Shown piece after piece: positions 1 to 8,496 of a stretch of DNA of 32,536 nucleotides. The stretch is taken from positions 1 to 32,536 of the forward strand of contig JASFYR010000024.1 in NCBI GenBank assembly GCA_045047115.1, in the 5' to 3' direction. Positions within the stretch are counted from its first letter, which is position 1. Every line of letters starts with the position of its first letter. The position numbers and the translations under genes are program-made. The DNA is from Sulfurospirillum sp. Its GTDB lineage: Bacteria; Campylobacterota; Campylobacteria; Campylobacterales; Sulfurospirillaceae. The notes under the pieces are model-generated. The model saw nothing but the letters and a program-made list of their open reading frames with translations. It was not told the DNA's origin and made no database searches.

Positions 1-1
1 G

Positions 2-724
2 ATAAATGATAGAGTTACTGATATGCTCGCGCGAGTCAGTCTTCAAGGGTTTGAAAAAAAGAAGGTTACTGAACTCTCAGGGGGTCAGAGACAAAGAGTA
101 GCAATAGCGAGATCTTTGGTGATGAAGCCATCTATTCTTCTCCTTGATGAGCCACTTGGTGCACTTGATAGAAAACTTCGGGAACATATGAAGATAGAGT
201 TAAAACTGCTTCAAAAAGAGCTTGGAACTACATTTATATATATAACTCATGACCAATCGGAGGCACTTGTGATGAGTGATAAAGTTGCTGTTATGAATAA
301 AGGTCGATTTGAGCAGATAGATACTCCCAGGAATCTATATAAAAATCCAAAAACTGCTTTTGTGGCAGGTTTTGTCGGTGAAAGTAATAGACTCGAGTTA
401 AAGAGCAAAGACGGTGATTTTATCACTACAAAAGATGGCTGGAAGCTTGAAAAAAAAGGCTTGAATTTCAATCCGGAAGTTTTATATATTCGACCAGAGG
501 CTTTTATATTGACCCCAACAGGTGATCTTGGAGATATAAGTAGATTTCAAGTCAAGATAAAGACTGTTTTGTTTGATGGTTCAAATACTAAAGTTTCTGC
601 AATCGAGACGACAAGTGGAGCTGAGATCTTGATATCTCTTCCTCAAAATGCAAAGTTTGAAAATTTACAAGAGGGTGATACAGTCGAAGTCGGTATAAAT
701 TACGATAATCTAAAATGTTATTAA
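2..724 (+). CDS. ABC transporter ATP-binding protein, PotA-like (5' partial)
   Basis: LSGGQRQR signature, Walker B LLLDEP, H-loop ITHD and a TOBE-like C-terminus. Walker A is absent and the frame is open to the window edge, so the gene starts upstream of the window. Confidence 0.93.
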   Translation: MNDRVTDMLARVSLQGFEKKKVTELSGGQRQRVAIARSLVMKPSILLLDEPLGALDRKLREHMKIELKLLQKELGTTFIYITHDQSEALVMSDKVAVMNKGRFEQIDTPRNLYKNPKTAFVAGFVGESNRLELKSKDGDFITTKDGWKLEKKGLNFNPEVLYIRPEAFILTPTGDLGDISRFQVKIKTVLFDGSNTKVSAIETTSGAEILISLPQNAKFENLQEGDTVEVGINYDNLKCY

Positions 725-731
725 GGAGACT

Positions 732-1598
732 ATGGTGAAAAATAAAAAAAGCTTTAATATTACATTTTATCTGCTGATTTTACCAGTGCTTTTATGGCTT
801 ATAATTTTGATTGTGTTGCCACATCTGGATCTTCTTATAAGCTCATTTCAAGTTGATAGTGATACGGGTGGCAAGGTGTTTTCATTTGAGCATTATGCAA
901 CATTTTTTGAGAGTAAGATATATTGGTTGACATTTGTAAATACGGCTGCTTATGCTATTGGGATAACAATTTTAGCATTTATCGTGACTTTCCCTGTGGC
1001 TTTTTATCTAACAAAAGTTATATCTAAAAAATACTCTAGTTTTTTGGCTTTGCTGCTTCTTATTCCTCTATGGGTTGGAGAGTTGGTAACTGTATATGGA
1101 TGGATGATTATCTTGGGAGACCACGGTATTATCAACCAATTCCTTATATATATAGGTTTAATTGATAAGCCTATAGATATGCTGTATACAAACTTTAGTA
1201 TGACTATAGGATTGCTTTATGTCTCTATGCTTTTTATGGTTGTTCCGATTATGTCAACACTTGAGAGTCTGGATGATTCACTCATAGAGGCTGCAAGTGA
1301 TTTGGGTGCATCAAAGTGGACTATTTTTACTAAAATTATTATCCCCTACTCTATGCCTGGTATCACCTCGGGTGGAATTATAGTTTTTATGCTTGTGATT
1401 GGTGATTATGTTGCACCTGATATTTTGGGAGGAAAGAGTTCCTTGTGGTTTACGGAACAGATTTACAATGAATTTTTATCAACATTTAACTGGGGTGAGG
1501 GAGCGGCGTTTGGTTTCTTGCTGTTGATGATATCTTCTAGTATAATTTGGGTTGCACTAAAGTTAACCGGTCAAAAGCTTGAAAGGGTTGGATCATGA
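732..1598 (+). CDS. ABC transporter permease, PotB-like
   Basis: Multiple TM segments, EAA loop (LIEAASDLGA), AAGGAG RBS. Confidence 0.92.
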   Translation: MVKNKKSFNITFYLLILPVLLWLIILIVLPHLDLLISSFQVDSDTGGKVFSFEHYATFFESKIYWLTFVNTAAYAIGITILAFIVTFPVAFYLTKVISKKYSSFLALLLLIPLWVGELVTVYGWMIILGDHGIINQFLIYIGLIDKPIDMLYTNFSMTIGLLYVSMLFMVVPIMSTLESLDDSLIEAASDLGASKWTIFTKIIIPYSMPGITSGGIIVFMLVIGDYVAPDILGGKSSLWFTEQIYNEFLSTFNWGEGAAFGFLLLMISSSIIWVALKLTGQKLERVGS

Positions 1599-2452
1599 TT
1601 CGTTCACTACCAAATTCACCATTATATAAGTATACATATAGATTTTATATTACATGTTTTTTCATCTTTTTGGTTATGCCACTCATTGCGATTTCCGTTT
1701 TGGCATTTAATAATTCAGACTTTATAGCCCTGCCATGGAAAGGTTTTACGCTAGATTGGTTTTTTGCAAATACAGATCAGAGGACAGGACTTTTAGCAGA
1801 CGACGGCTTAGTCCAAAGTATTTTTATAAGTATCAAGACAGCATTTTATGTTGCGACTATTTCAACTGCGGTGGGTACCGCTGCGGCATTGCTTTTTGAA
1901 GAGGAACAGTTTAGGTTTAAGGGTTTGTTGTATTTCTTAGCCCTATCTCCGCTTGTAATTCCAGGGGTGATTCTTGGTATATCGATACTTCTATCTTCAA
2001 CTCTTGCAGGAAGCTATCTTGAGCAAAAATTTGGCTGGGATATTGGGTTTTTAAGTCCTAGTTTTTGGCTTGTTGTTTTGGGACAGTTTTCTTTTGGAGC
2101 TACTTATGTCATGCTATTAGTTGGCGCAAGATTAAAAAAATTTGATAGAACTCTTGAAGAAGCCGCACTTAGTCTGAAAGCTACAAGATTGCAGTCCATT
2201 TGGTATGTTACTATTCCATTTCTAAGACCTGCAATTATAGGAGCATTTGTTGTAGCATTTTTAATCAGTTTTTCAAACTTTAATACCACTATATTTTTGA
2301 TTGGTTCAGATCCAACATTGCCAGTTGATTTGTATTCTCGTATCAAATTTAGCTCTACTCCTGTATTAAATGCAGTCTCTTTTTTAATAGTTGTATTTAT
2401 AACAGTGACAGCGCTTATATCTCTGTTTGTAAATAGAGATAAAAAGCAGTAG
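1595..2452 (+). CDS. ABC transporter permease, PotC-like
   Basis: WKGFTLDWF motif, EAA loop (LEEAALSLKA), ATGA overlap with the previous gene. Confidence 0.92.
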   Translation: MIRSLPNSPLYKYTYRFYITCFFIFLVMPLIAISVLAFNNSDFIALPWKGFTLDWFFANTDQRTGLLADDGLVQSIFISIKTAFYVATISTAVGTAAALLFEEEQFRFKGLLYFLALSPLVIPGVILGISILLSSTLAGSYLEQKFGWDIGFLSPSFWLVVLGQFSFGATYVMLLVGARLKKFDRTLEEAALSLKATRLQSIWYVTIPFLRPAIIGAFVVAFLISFSNFNTTIFLIGSDPTLPVDLYSRIKFSSTPVLNAVSFLIVVFITVTALISLFVNRDKKQ

Positions 2453-2463
2453 AAGAAAATAAA

Positions 2464-3255
2464 TTGAAATTTATTCAGATAAGTGACCCTCATCTAATCG
2501 GAGATGAGCGGCCGTCTTTATACGGAATTGATCCTAATTTTAGACTAGATAAAGCATTTGAAAGTATAAAAAAATGGCATAGTGATGCTAAGTTTGTGGT
2601 AATAACCGGTGATTTAAGCAATAGCGCCTCAGACTTGGCTTATGCCAAACTGCAAACAGTTATAAAAAACAGTAAATTTAGTGTGTATCCAATTTTGGGA
2701 AATCATGATAAAAGAGATATTTTTAAATCATATTTTTCAGAGTTTACAAATGATGGTTTTATCCAATATGCAAAAAAGATAGATGATAAAGCTTTTCTTT
2801 TTTTAGATACTTTGATGGAAGATAAATCGTATGGTGAATTATGTGATAGTCGTATAAAATGGCTTAAAAATCAGTTAGAAATTTATAATAATAAATTTTT
2901 GTATATATTTATGCATCACCATCCAATTTCTTGCGGGATGCACGAGATGGATACTGTGGCAAATTTTAAAACTCAGCAAAAATTTTGGGATTTACTCAAG
3001 CCATATAAAAATATAAAACATATCTCTTTTGGACATATTCATCGCATAATGCATTCATCTAAAAACGGCATATCTTTACACTCTACAAGAAGTACAACTT
3101 TTCAAGTAGCTTATAAGCCTGACAATAAGGTGGAATATTTAACAAATGAAGAAAACCCTACCTATGCGATTATCAATATAGACAAAGACGGTAACACAAG
3201 AGTGCACCATCACGAATACTTGAGCGAAGATAGATTTTATCTAGGAGAGTGCTGA
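2464..3255 (+). CDS. Calcineurin-like metallophosphoesterase, CpdA/Icc/GpdQ family
   Basis: Motifs SDPH, TGD, GNHD, HHHP, GHIH; TTG start. Confidence 0.9.
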   Translation: MKFIQISDPHLIGDERPSLYGIDPNFRLDKAFESIKKWHSDAKFVVITGDLSNSASDLAYAKLQTVIKNSKFSVYPILGNHDKRDIFKSYFSEFTNDGFIQYAKKIDDKAFLFLDTLMEDKSYGELCDSRIKWLKNQLEIYNNKFLYIFMHHHPISCGMHEMDTVANFKTQQKFWDLLKPYKNIKHISFGHIHRIMHSSKNGISLHSTRSTTFQVAYKPDNKVEYLTNEENPTYAIINIDKDGNTRVHHHEYLSEDRFYLGEC

Positions 3256-3274
3256 TTACTCAAGAACCCTAGCT
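3205..3274 (+). repeat. Diverged direct repeat, copy 1 (3' end of phosphodiesterase gene plus junction)
   Basis: 3240-3274 matches 5313-5347 at 30/35 nt; similarity extends back to 3205/5279 with one 1-nt gap. Confidence 0.85.
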
Positions 3275-3366
3275 CTTTAAAATAGACATTTCAAAATACC
3301 ATGCAGACGATACAAATAAATAAACATTTTAAATTGAAATTCACATCCAAAGGTGATATAGTGTCC

Positions 3367-3416
3367 ACTAATAAATAGAGTTGTTCGTACCCGCTACGCG
3401 GGCGCGACCGTTAGCA
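3367..3416 (+). repeat. Degenerate attC-like site
   Basis: ACTAAT, then GC-rich hairpin TCGTACCCGC-TAC-GCGGGCGCGA (3385-3407), then GTTAGCA (3410-3416) directly before the TA promoter. Confidence 0.45.
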
Positions 3417-3422
3417 TCACAT

Positions 3423-3460
3423 TTGAACATTAAGTCTTAATTCGGCACAATAAAAAGACT
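3423..3460 (+). promoter_or_regulatory. Putative TA promoter with operator repeats
   Basis: TTGAAC (3423-3428), 17 nt, CACAAT (3446-3451); palindrome ATTAAG-T-CTTAAT (3429-3441) and inverted pair AGTCTT/AAGACT (3433-3438/3455-3460). Confidence 0.5.
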
Positions 3461-3472
3461 AAAGGAGATTTT

Positions 3473-3745
3473 ATGCAAATTGTAAATGATATAAAGCCTG
3501 TTACCTATCTAAAAAGTAGAGCAGCTGATGTTCTAAAATATATCAATGAAACTCATAGACCTATGATAATCACACAAAATGGTGAAGCTAAAGCTGTTAT
3601 ACAAGATCCAAAGAGTTATCAAGATATGAAAAATGCTCTTACTATAATGAAGCTTCTTTCATTTGCAGAAGAAGATATTAGAAATGGAAATCTTCATACC
3701 CAAGAAGATGTTTTTAACTCTATTGAAGAACTCCTTATCAAATGA
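3473..3745 (+). CDS. Phd/YefM-family antitoxin
   Basis: IKPVTYLKSRAADVL...PMIITQNGEAKAV pattern; AAGGAG RBS; ATGA overlap with the toxin. Confidence 0.9.
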   Translation: MQIVNDIKPVTYLKSRAADVLKYINETHRPMIITQNGEAKAVIQDPKSYQDMKNALTIMKLLSFAEEDIRNGNLHTQEDVFNSIEELLIK

Positions 3746-3951
3746 GTAAAACTTATAAAGTTAAATGGACTTCAAATGTAAAAGAAGACCTTTTAAATAT
3801 TGTTAATTATATCAAAAAAGATAGTTTAAGTACTGCAAGAAAAGTTTATGAACAAATAAAAGAAAAAGCACAATCTAGCAACTTTTTTCCTTTCAACAGA
3901 TTGAATAGTAAAGATATAACAACCGTTATATCACACAAGGGAGTTAAATGA
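3742..3951 (+). pseudogene. Truncated RelE/ParE-family toxin
   Basis: N-half typical (YKVKWT..KEDLLNIVNYIKKDS..ARKVYEQI..FFP); similarity stops at about residue 50 and the C-terminal half is missing. Confidence 0.75.
3913..3932. repeat. Perfect 8-bp inverted repeat, possible collapsed attC core
   Basis: GATATAAC-AACC-GTTATATC, immediately upstream of the EAL gene RBS. Confidence 0.4.
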
Positions 3952-5159
3952 ATTCAATTCAAAAAACATTTGATATTAAAAGTGCAATTCAAAATAATTT
4001 ATTTACACTATATTATCAACCAAAAATAAATCTAAAAACAAAAAAAGTAGAGTCATGTGAAGCACTGATACGATTAATAATCAATGGAAAGATTATCTCT
4101 CCAGACAACTTTATTCCACAAGCTGAAAAAGATGGGAGTATTGTCGAGATAGATAAATGGGTATTTAAAAAAGTTGTAGAAGATGCAAGAAGGATTTTTA
4201 CTAAAACTTTCGAGGAAGAAATTATAATCTCTTTTAATATCTCTCCAATTCATTTTAGCAAAGATGATGTTTTTAAAAATTTAATGAATATTTTTGAAAA
4301 AACCAAAGATTTCAATTCCCACTTTGAGGTTGAAATAACAGAAAGTGCATTTATAGAAGATAAACAGAAATCTTTTGAGATTATAGATAGACTAAAAGAG
4401 GAAGGTTTTAAGTTTGCTCTTGATGATTTTGGAACAGGATATGCTTCTTTATCATATCTCAAAGACCTCCCAATTGATACACTTAAAATTGATAAATCTT
4501 TTATTGATGATATGATAATAGATGAAAAAACTCTTGCTATCGTCGATACTATCCTGTATTTATCAAAAAAGCTCAAAATAAAAAGTGTCGCAGAAGGGAT
4601 AGAAAATATTGAGCAAGCCGATCTACTATATCAGATGAAGTGTGATGAGATACAGGGTTATTACTACTCCAAACCACTGCCGATTGAGAAATTTATCCTC
4701 TTTGTTCTCTCTACAAACAAAGCAGAAAAAGAGAACCAATTTATCCGCTGGTCAGATAAATATGCTACTCACCTTATGGCAATTGATTCGCAACATATAA
4801 TTATTGTTAATCTTTTAAATAAACTTTATACTGTGTTAAAAGATAAGGAGTTAAGAGAAAAAACTACGATAAAAAATTATCTAGATATTGTCGACGAGTT
4901 CATTCATATGCATTTTGGAACAGAAGATAACTATATGCAAAAATATAACTATCCAAAAACAAAAGAACATATGATTCAACATAAAAATTTTATAAAACTA
5001 TTCCAAGAGTTTAAAGATACCCTATCTACCACAACAAATGAGAGAAATATTTTTAATCTATTCAAATTATTGAAGAAGTGGTTTTTAGAACATGAGTTCA
5101 TAAGTGATAAAAAATTGGCTAATTTTATAAAAGCTCACATTAGAAATGTAAAGAAATAA
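3948..5159 (+). CDS. EAL-domain phosphodiesterase fused to C-terminal bacteriohemerythrin
   Basis: YQPK, EALIR, EITE, DDFGTGY, KID, AEGIE, QGYY; hemerythrin ligands IDSQH, HFGTE, HMIQH, HEFISD. Confidence 0.92.
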   Translation: MNSIQKTFDIKSAIQNNLFTLYYQPKINLKTKKVESCEALIRLIINGKIISPDNFIPQAEKDGSIVEIDKWVFKKVVEDARRIFTKTFEEEIIISFNISPIHFSKDDVFKNLMNIFEKTKDFNSHFEVEITESAFIEDKQKSFEIIDRLKEEGFKFALDDFGTGYASLSYLKDLPIDTLKIDKSFIDDMIIDEKTLAIVDTILYLSKKLKIKSVAEGIENIEQADLLYQMKCDEIQGYYYSKPLPIEKFILFVLSTNKAEKENQFIRWSDKYATHLMAIDSQHIIIVNLLNKLYTVLKDKELREKTTIKNYLDIVDEFIHMHFGTEDNYMQKYNYPKTKEHMIQHKNFIKLFQEFKDTLSTTTNERNIFNLFKLLKKWFLEHEFISDKKLANFIKAHIRNVKK

Positions 5160-5219
5160 AAACATACGAGCCAATAAGTTACCCAAGGGCAACTTATTGG
5201 CTATCTTTAGTTGTTAGCC
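5157..5219 (+). repeat. attC-like site / strong hairpin (could also act as terminator)
   Basis: AGCCAATAAGTT-ACCCAAGGGC-AACTTATTGGCT (5169-5202) preceded by AAAAAC at the EAL stop and followed by GTTAGCC (5213-5219). Confidence 0.5.
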
Positions 5220-5278
5220 CAAAATGATGAAAATATCATATTGCCAATAAATCTGGTGAAAAGTGTCTGACATGCTTT

Positions 5279-5347
5279 CATCATCAAGAATATATGAATG
5301 AAGATAAGTCTGTCTAGGAGAGTGCTAATTGCTCACAAACTCTAGCT
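5279..5347 (+). repeat. Diverged direct repeat, copy 2 (pseudo 3' end of phosphodiesterase gene)
   Basis: Encodes HHQEYMNED..(1-nt gap)..CLGEC* versus HHHEYLSEDRFYLGEC* in the intact gene. Confidence 0.85.
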
Positions 5348-6539
5348 TGATTACATCTTTTGGTTTTAATTCTATATCTTTCCATGGTATATTTATGCTC
5401 ATAAACGGAAATGCATGTATATTTTTCTTGTAAATCATTCTGCCATTTAGCAGAACTTTTATCACCCCTTTTGCCCTTTTTTTCAATCTGAGTGCGGTCA
5501 AATGTTGTTTTGTGGGCGATTTTAAATCTATCATACTTGGATAATACCAAGATAGATTTTCATCAGCCTCTATTTTGATGAGCTCTGGCTCATGTTTAAA
5601 TCTTATAAAATCATGAATGCTTTTTGCTACTTTTTTACCTTCAAAATAGCATTTAAAAGCTGCCAAAGCACCTCTTAGGGCATTTCCTGCGACAAAGAAA
5701 CCATCATTTTTGGCTTGAAAATTTTGTGAAATGTAGAGCGAATTATTGCTAAGGTTAAAATCATCAAAAGATTTTTGCATGATTGAACTCTCTGGTATAA
5801 ATTGACCGGTAAATATAACGCCATCACATGGTATTTCTCTTTCGCCCTCTTCAGTTGATACAGTCACGCTGATCACTTTTTTGTCTTCCCCATTTATATT
5901 TTTAAGTTTTGTATTTGTAAGCACAGGAATTTTCAATAGATACTTAACCATATATTTGACGATACAAAAAGTGTCTATTTTATCTTTTTCTTCTATGATT
6001 GCTTCGATTTTTATACCGGCATGTTTTGCACTCATGATAGCTGAAAAACTGACTATCTCACTTCCGATTATAACAGCTCTGTCAAATGGTTTGATTTTTT
6101 GCAGATAAGCAAATCTTTGCAAAGTTCCCGTGGTGATGATATTAGGACTTCTAGTGCCTGAAACGAGTCTGTCCGGTCTTGGAGTCTCTCTAGCACCAAG
6201 AGCAAAAAGTGTACATGTGGGTTCATATTGCTTGACACCATCTGGTGTACTAAAGGTGAGCACTCCGTCTTCTATCTTTGTAAGTGTAGATTTTAATTGT
6301 ATGTTGATGCTGTTTTGTGAAGCTAGGCTAGCTAATTTTTTTGCATAGTCCGGTCCAGATAAAATTCTTTTGAATTCAAATATTCCAAAACCCAAATGTC
6401 CACAATGTCTCGGTGTGCCGCCTATTTCATCTTCTCTTTCAAAAACAATCAAATCACTATACCCTAGCTTTTTTAATTCCAGTGCTGCACTGATTCCGGC
6501 AGGTCCTGCTCCAACGATAGCTATTTGTACATTATTCAT
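5325..6539 (-). CDS. NAD(P)/FAD-dependent oxidoreductase (partner of GlpA-like dehydrogenase)
   Basis: GAGPAG dinucleotide motif, GGTPRHCGHLGFG, ALGARE, FVAGN. Confidence 0.88.
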   Translation of the reverse strand: MNNVQIAIVGAGPAGISAALELKKLGYSDLIVFEREDEIGGTPRHCGHLGFGIFEFKRILSGPDYAKKLASLASQNSINIQLKSTLTKIEDGVLTFSTPDGVKQYEPTCTLFALGARETPRPDRLVSGTRSPNIITTGTLQRFAYLQKIKPFDRAVIIGSEIVSFSAIMSAKHAGIKIEAIIEEKDKIDTFCIVKYMVKYLLKIPVLTNTKLKNINGEDKKVISVTVSTEEGEREIPCDGVIFTGQFIPESSIMQKSFDDFNLSNNSLYISQNFQAKNDGFFVAGNALRGALAAFKCYFEGKKVAKSIHDFIRFKHEPELIKIEADENLSWYYPSMIDLKSPTKQHLTALRLKKRAKGVIKVLLNGRMIYKKNIHAFPFMSINIPWKDIELKPKDVIKLEFVSN

Positions 6540-7941
6540 GATTTTTCACCTCATTTTCGCAGATTTGAGTCACAGCTGCTTCACAGTTGAAACCTTGACA
6601 TCGTCCCATCATAGCTCTCGTTCTTCTTTTTAAGCCACCGATATTTCCAGCTCCGCTTCCGCCGTGACACGCATTTTTTATTTCTCGCTCAGTTACGCAT
6701 TCACAATGGCAAACTATTTTTCCATAACCTTCTTTTTGATTATCTCTAGGGGCAAATTCACTTATATTTGGAACGGATATTTTTTCATCGGCTTTTGGAC
6801 TTTTTTTATATTTTGTATTATTAAGTTCAAATATATGTTTCGCGAGTCCCAAAGAAGAGGTAAGTCCGGTTGACCTTATGCCACCCACTGTTATCCAGTT
6901 TTTGTCATCATTGATTCTTACTCGATAATAAGTTTCATCAGATGCCGGTCTGAGTCCTGCGAAAGTTGCAGTAATTTTATGATTTTTTAAAGAAGGTAAC
7001 ATGCGAAATGCTTTAGTTTTTAAATCTTCGAGTGTTTCTTTGGTTGTTTGAGAGTCTGTTCGACTCTCTTGGTCCTCCGCAGTAGGCCCTACTAAGATAT
7101 TACCAAAAGCAGTTTTGGTGATCACAACTCCTTTGGTTCTTTTTGTAGGAACAGGTAAAATTATAGAGTTTATAAGGTTGTAAGCAGTTTCGTCAAAGAT
7201 TACAAACTGCCCCTTTCTAGGTATAATCTTAAAATCTTTTGTTCCTTTTATGCTGTCAACTATATCACCATAAAGTCCTGCTGCATTGATAATAACTTTT
7301 GCTTTTATAGGTTTTTGTGAAGTTAAGAGTTCCCAGCATTTGCCATTGTGATGTCCATCTTTCACTTCATGAGAAAATGCAGTCTTTCCACCGCAGTTGA
7401 CACCTTTTTTAAGATATGCAAGAGGTGCACTCCAAGGGTCTATCAGAGATTCGCCATGAACTAATATTGCTCCTTTTGCATCAAGAGAAAGATTTGGTTC
7501 GCGTTTTATAATTTGCTCATGAGATAAAATTTCTAGCTCTTTTACGCCATTGCCGATACCTTTTTTAAGTATGCCGTCAAGCTTTTCTAATTGTTCATTA
7601 TTCCAGGCAACTACAAGGGCTTTTGTATTTAGAAAAGGCAGATTGTAATCATCTTTTATCTTCATATATTCTGCGTATCCTCTTTGAACACACTCATGTT
7701 CTAGAGTATCTGGTGGAGCATCAAATCCTGTATGCAAGATAGCACTATTGCCTTTGCTAGCACCTTCTAATATATCATTTGCTTTTTCAACAAGTACACA
7801 TTTTGCACCTTGTTCGCAAAACTCCTTAAAGATAGCGCACCCTACAACACCAGCGCCAACGACTGCCACATCGAAAATTTCATTTTTACCAAAATTAGAT
7901 GTTTTAGTGGGAAAAAGGTGATTTAAGTCAATAGATTCCAA
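6532..7941 (-). CDS. FAD-dependent oxidoreductase with BFD-like [2Fe-2S] domain, glycerol-3-phosphate dehydrogenase (GlpA/LhgO)-like
   Basis: GAGVVG, ASKGNSAILHTGFD, FAGLRP, GIRSTGLTSS; C-terminal CHCE...GRCQGFNC; GGAG RBS before TTG. Confidence 0.88.
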   Translation of the reverse strand: MESIDLNHLFPTKTSNFGKNEIFDVAVVGAGVVGCAIFKEFCEQGAKCVLVEKANDILEGASKGNSAILHTGFDAPPDTLEHECVQRGYAEYMKIKDDYNLPFLNTKALVVAWNNEQLEKLDGILKKGIGNGVKELEILSHEQIIKREPNLSLDAKGAILVHGESLIDPWSAPLAYLKKGVNCGGKTAFSHEVKDGHHNGKCWELLTSQKPIKAKVIINAAGLYGDIVDSIKGTKDFKIIPRKGQFVIFDETAYNLINSIILPVPTKRTKGVVITKTAFGNILVGPTAEDQESRTDSQTTKETLEDLKTKAFRMLPSLKNHKITATFAGLRPASDETYYRVRINDDKNWITVGGIRSTGLTSSLGLAKHIFELNNTKYKKSPKADEKISVPNISEFAPRDNQKEGYGKIVCHCECVTEREIKNACHGGSGAGNIGGLKRRTRAMMGRCQGFNCEAAVTQICENEVKNHE

Positions 7942-8073
7942 GAGAGACTCCTTTTATAGAAGAAAGGATTATAGCACTAGAAGTATTAATCTTCAAGATA
8001 GGTATAAAATTAATTGTCTAAATTTAAGTTTTGGTTGCTTATTTGTTTGAGTAACCAAGAATCAGCAGGTTGT

Positions 8074-8102
8074 AAAAAAGAGACTTTAAAAGTCTCTTTT
8101 TT
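8074..8102 (-). terminator. Intrinsic terminator-like hairpin after SHOCT gene
   Basis: AAAAAAGAGACTTT-A-AAAGTCTCTTTTTT inverted repeat with A/T tails. Confidence 0.7.
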
Positions 8103-8328
8103 ATGCTAGACTTTTTTTCATATCCTCAAACTCTTCTTTTGAGATTTCGCCTCTTGCATATCTTTTTTTGAGCACTTCCAGTGCCGACTCGCTTTTTGTT
8201 CCAAAATTGTTATTTATGTTTGTTCGATTGAAAATCATATAAACAACATAAAGAAATATCCCCAATCCAATTAAAGGAAACAACCACATAAATCCACCTC
8301 CCATTCCATAGTATCCTTCAGCCATCAT
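8101..8328 (-). CDS. Small membrane protein with SHOCT domain
   Basis: Gly/Met-rich N-terminus, one TM helix, SALEVLKKRYARGEISKEEF; AAGGAG RBS. Confidence 0.9.
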   Translation of the reverse strand: MMAEGYYGMGGGFMWLFPLIGLGIFLYVVYMIFNRTNINNNFGTKSESALEVLKKRYARGEISKEEFEDMKKSLA

Positions 8329-8496
8329 TTTTGACTCCTTTTTTGTTTTGTGACAAAATTATATATCTAGGTTTTAAATACAGAATCAATCAACTTTAAC
8401 AGAAAATAACAAAAGTAAAAATTTTGTATGAAAAGTATATAATTTGTAAATAATAAAATGCTACAATACTCCCATTTTATTGCATTAGGATTGCTT

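Noticed and set aside
5314..5550. 78-aa alternate-frame ORF and other short antisense/overlapping ORFs in the track
   Set aside because: They lie within well-supported genes, lack RBS and motifs; treated as shadow ORFs.
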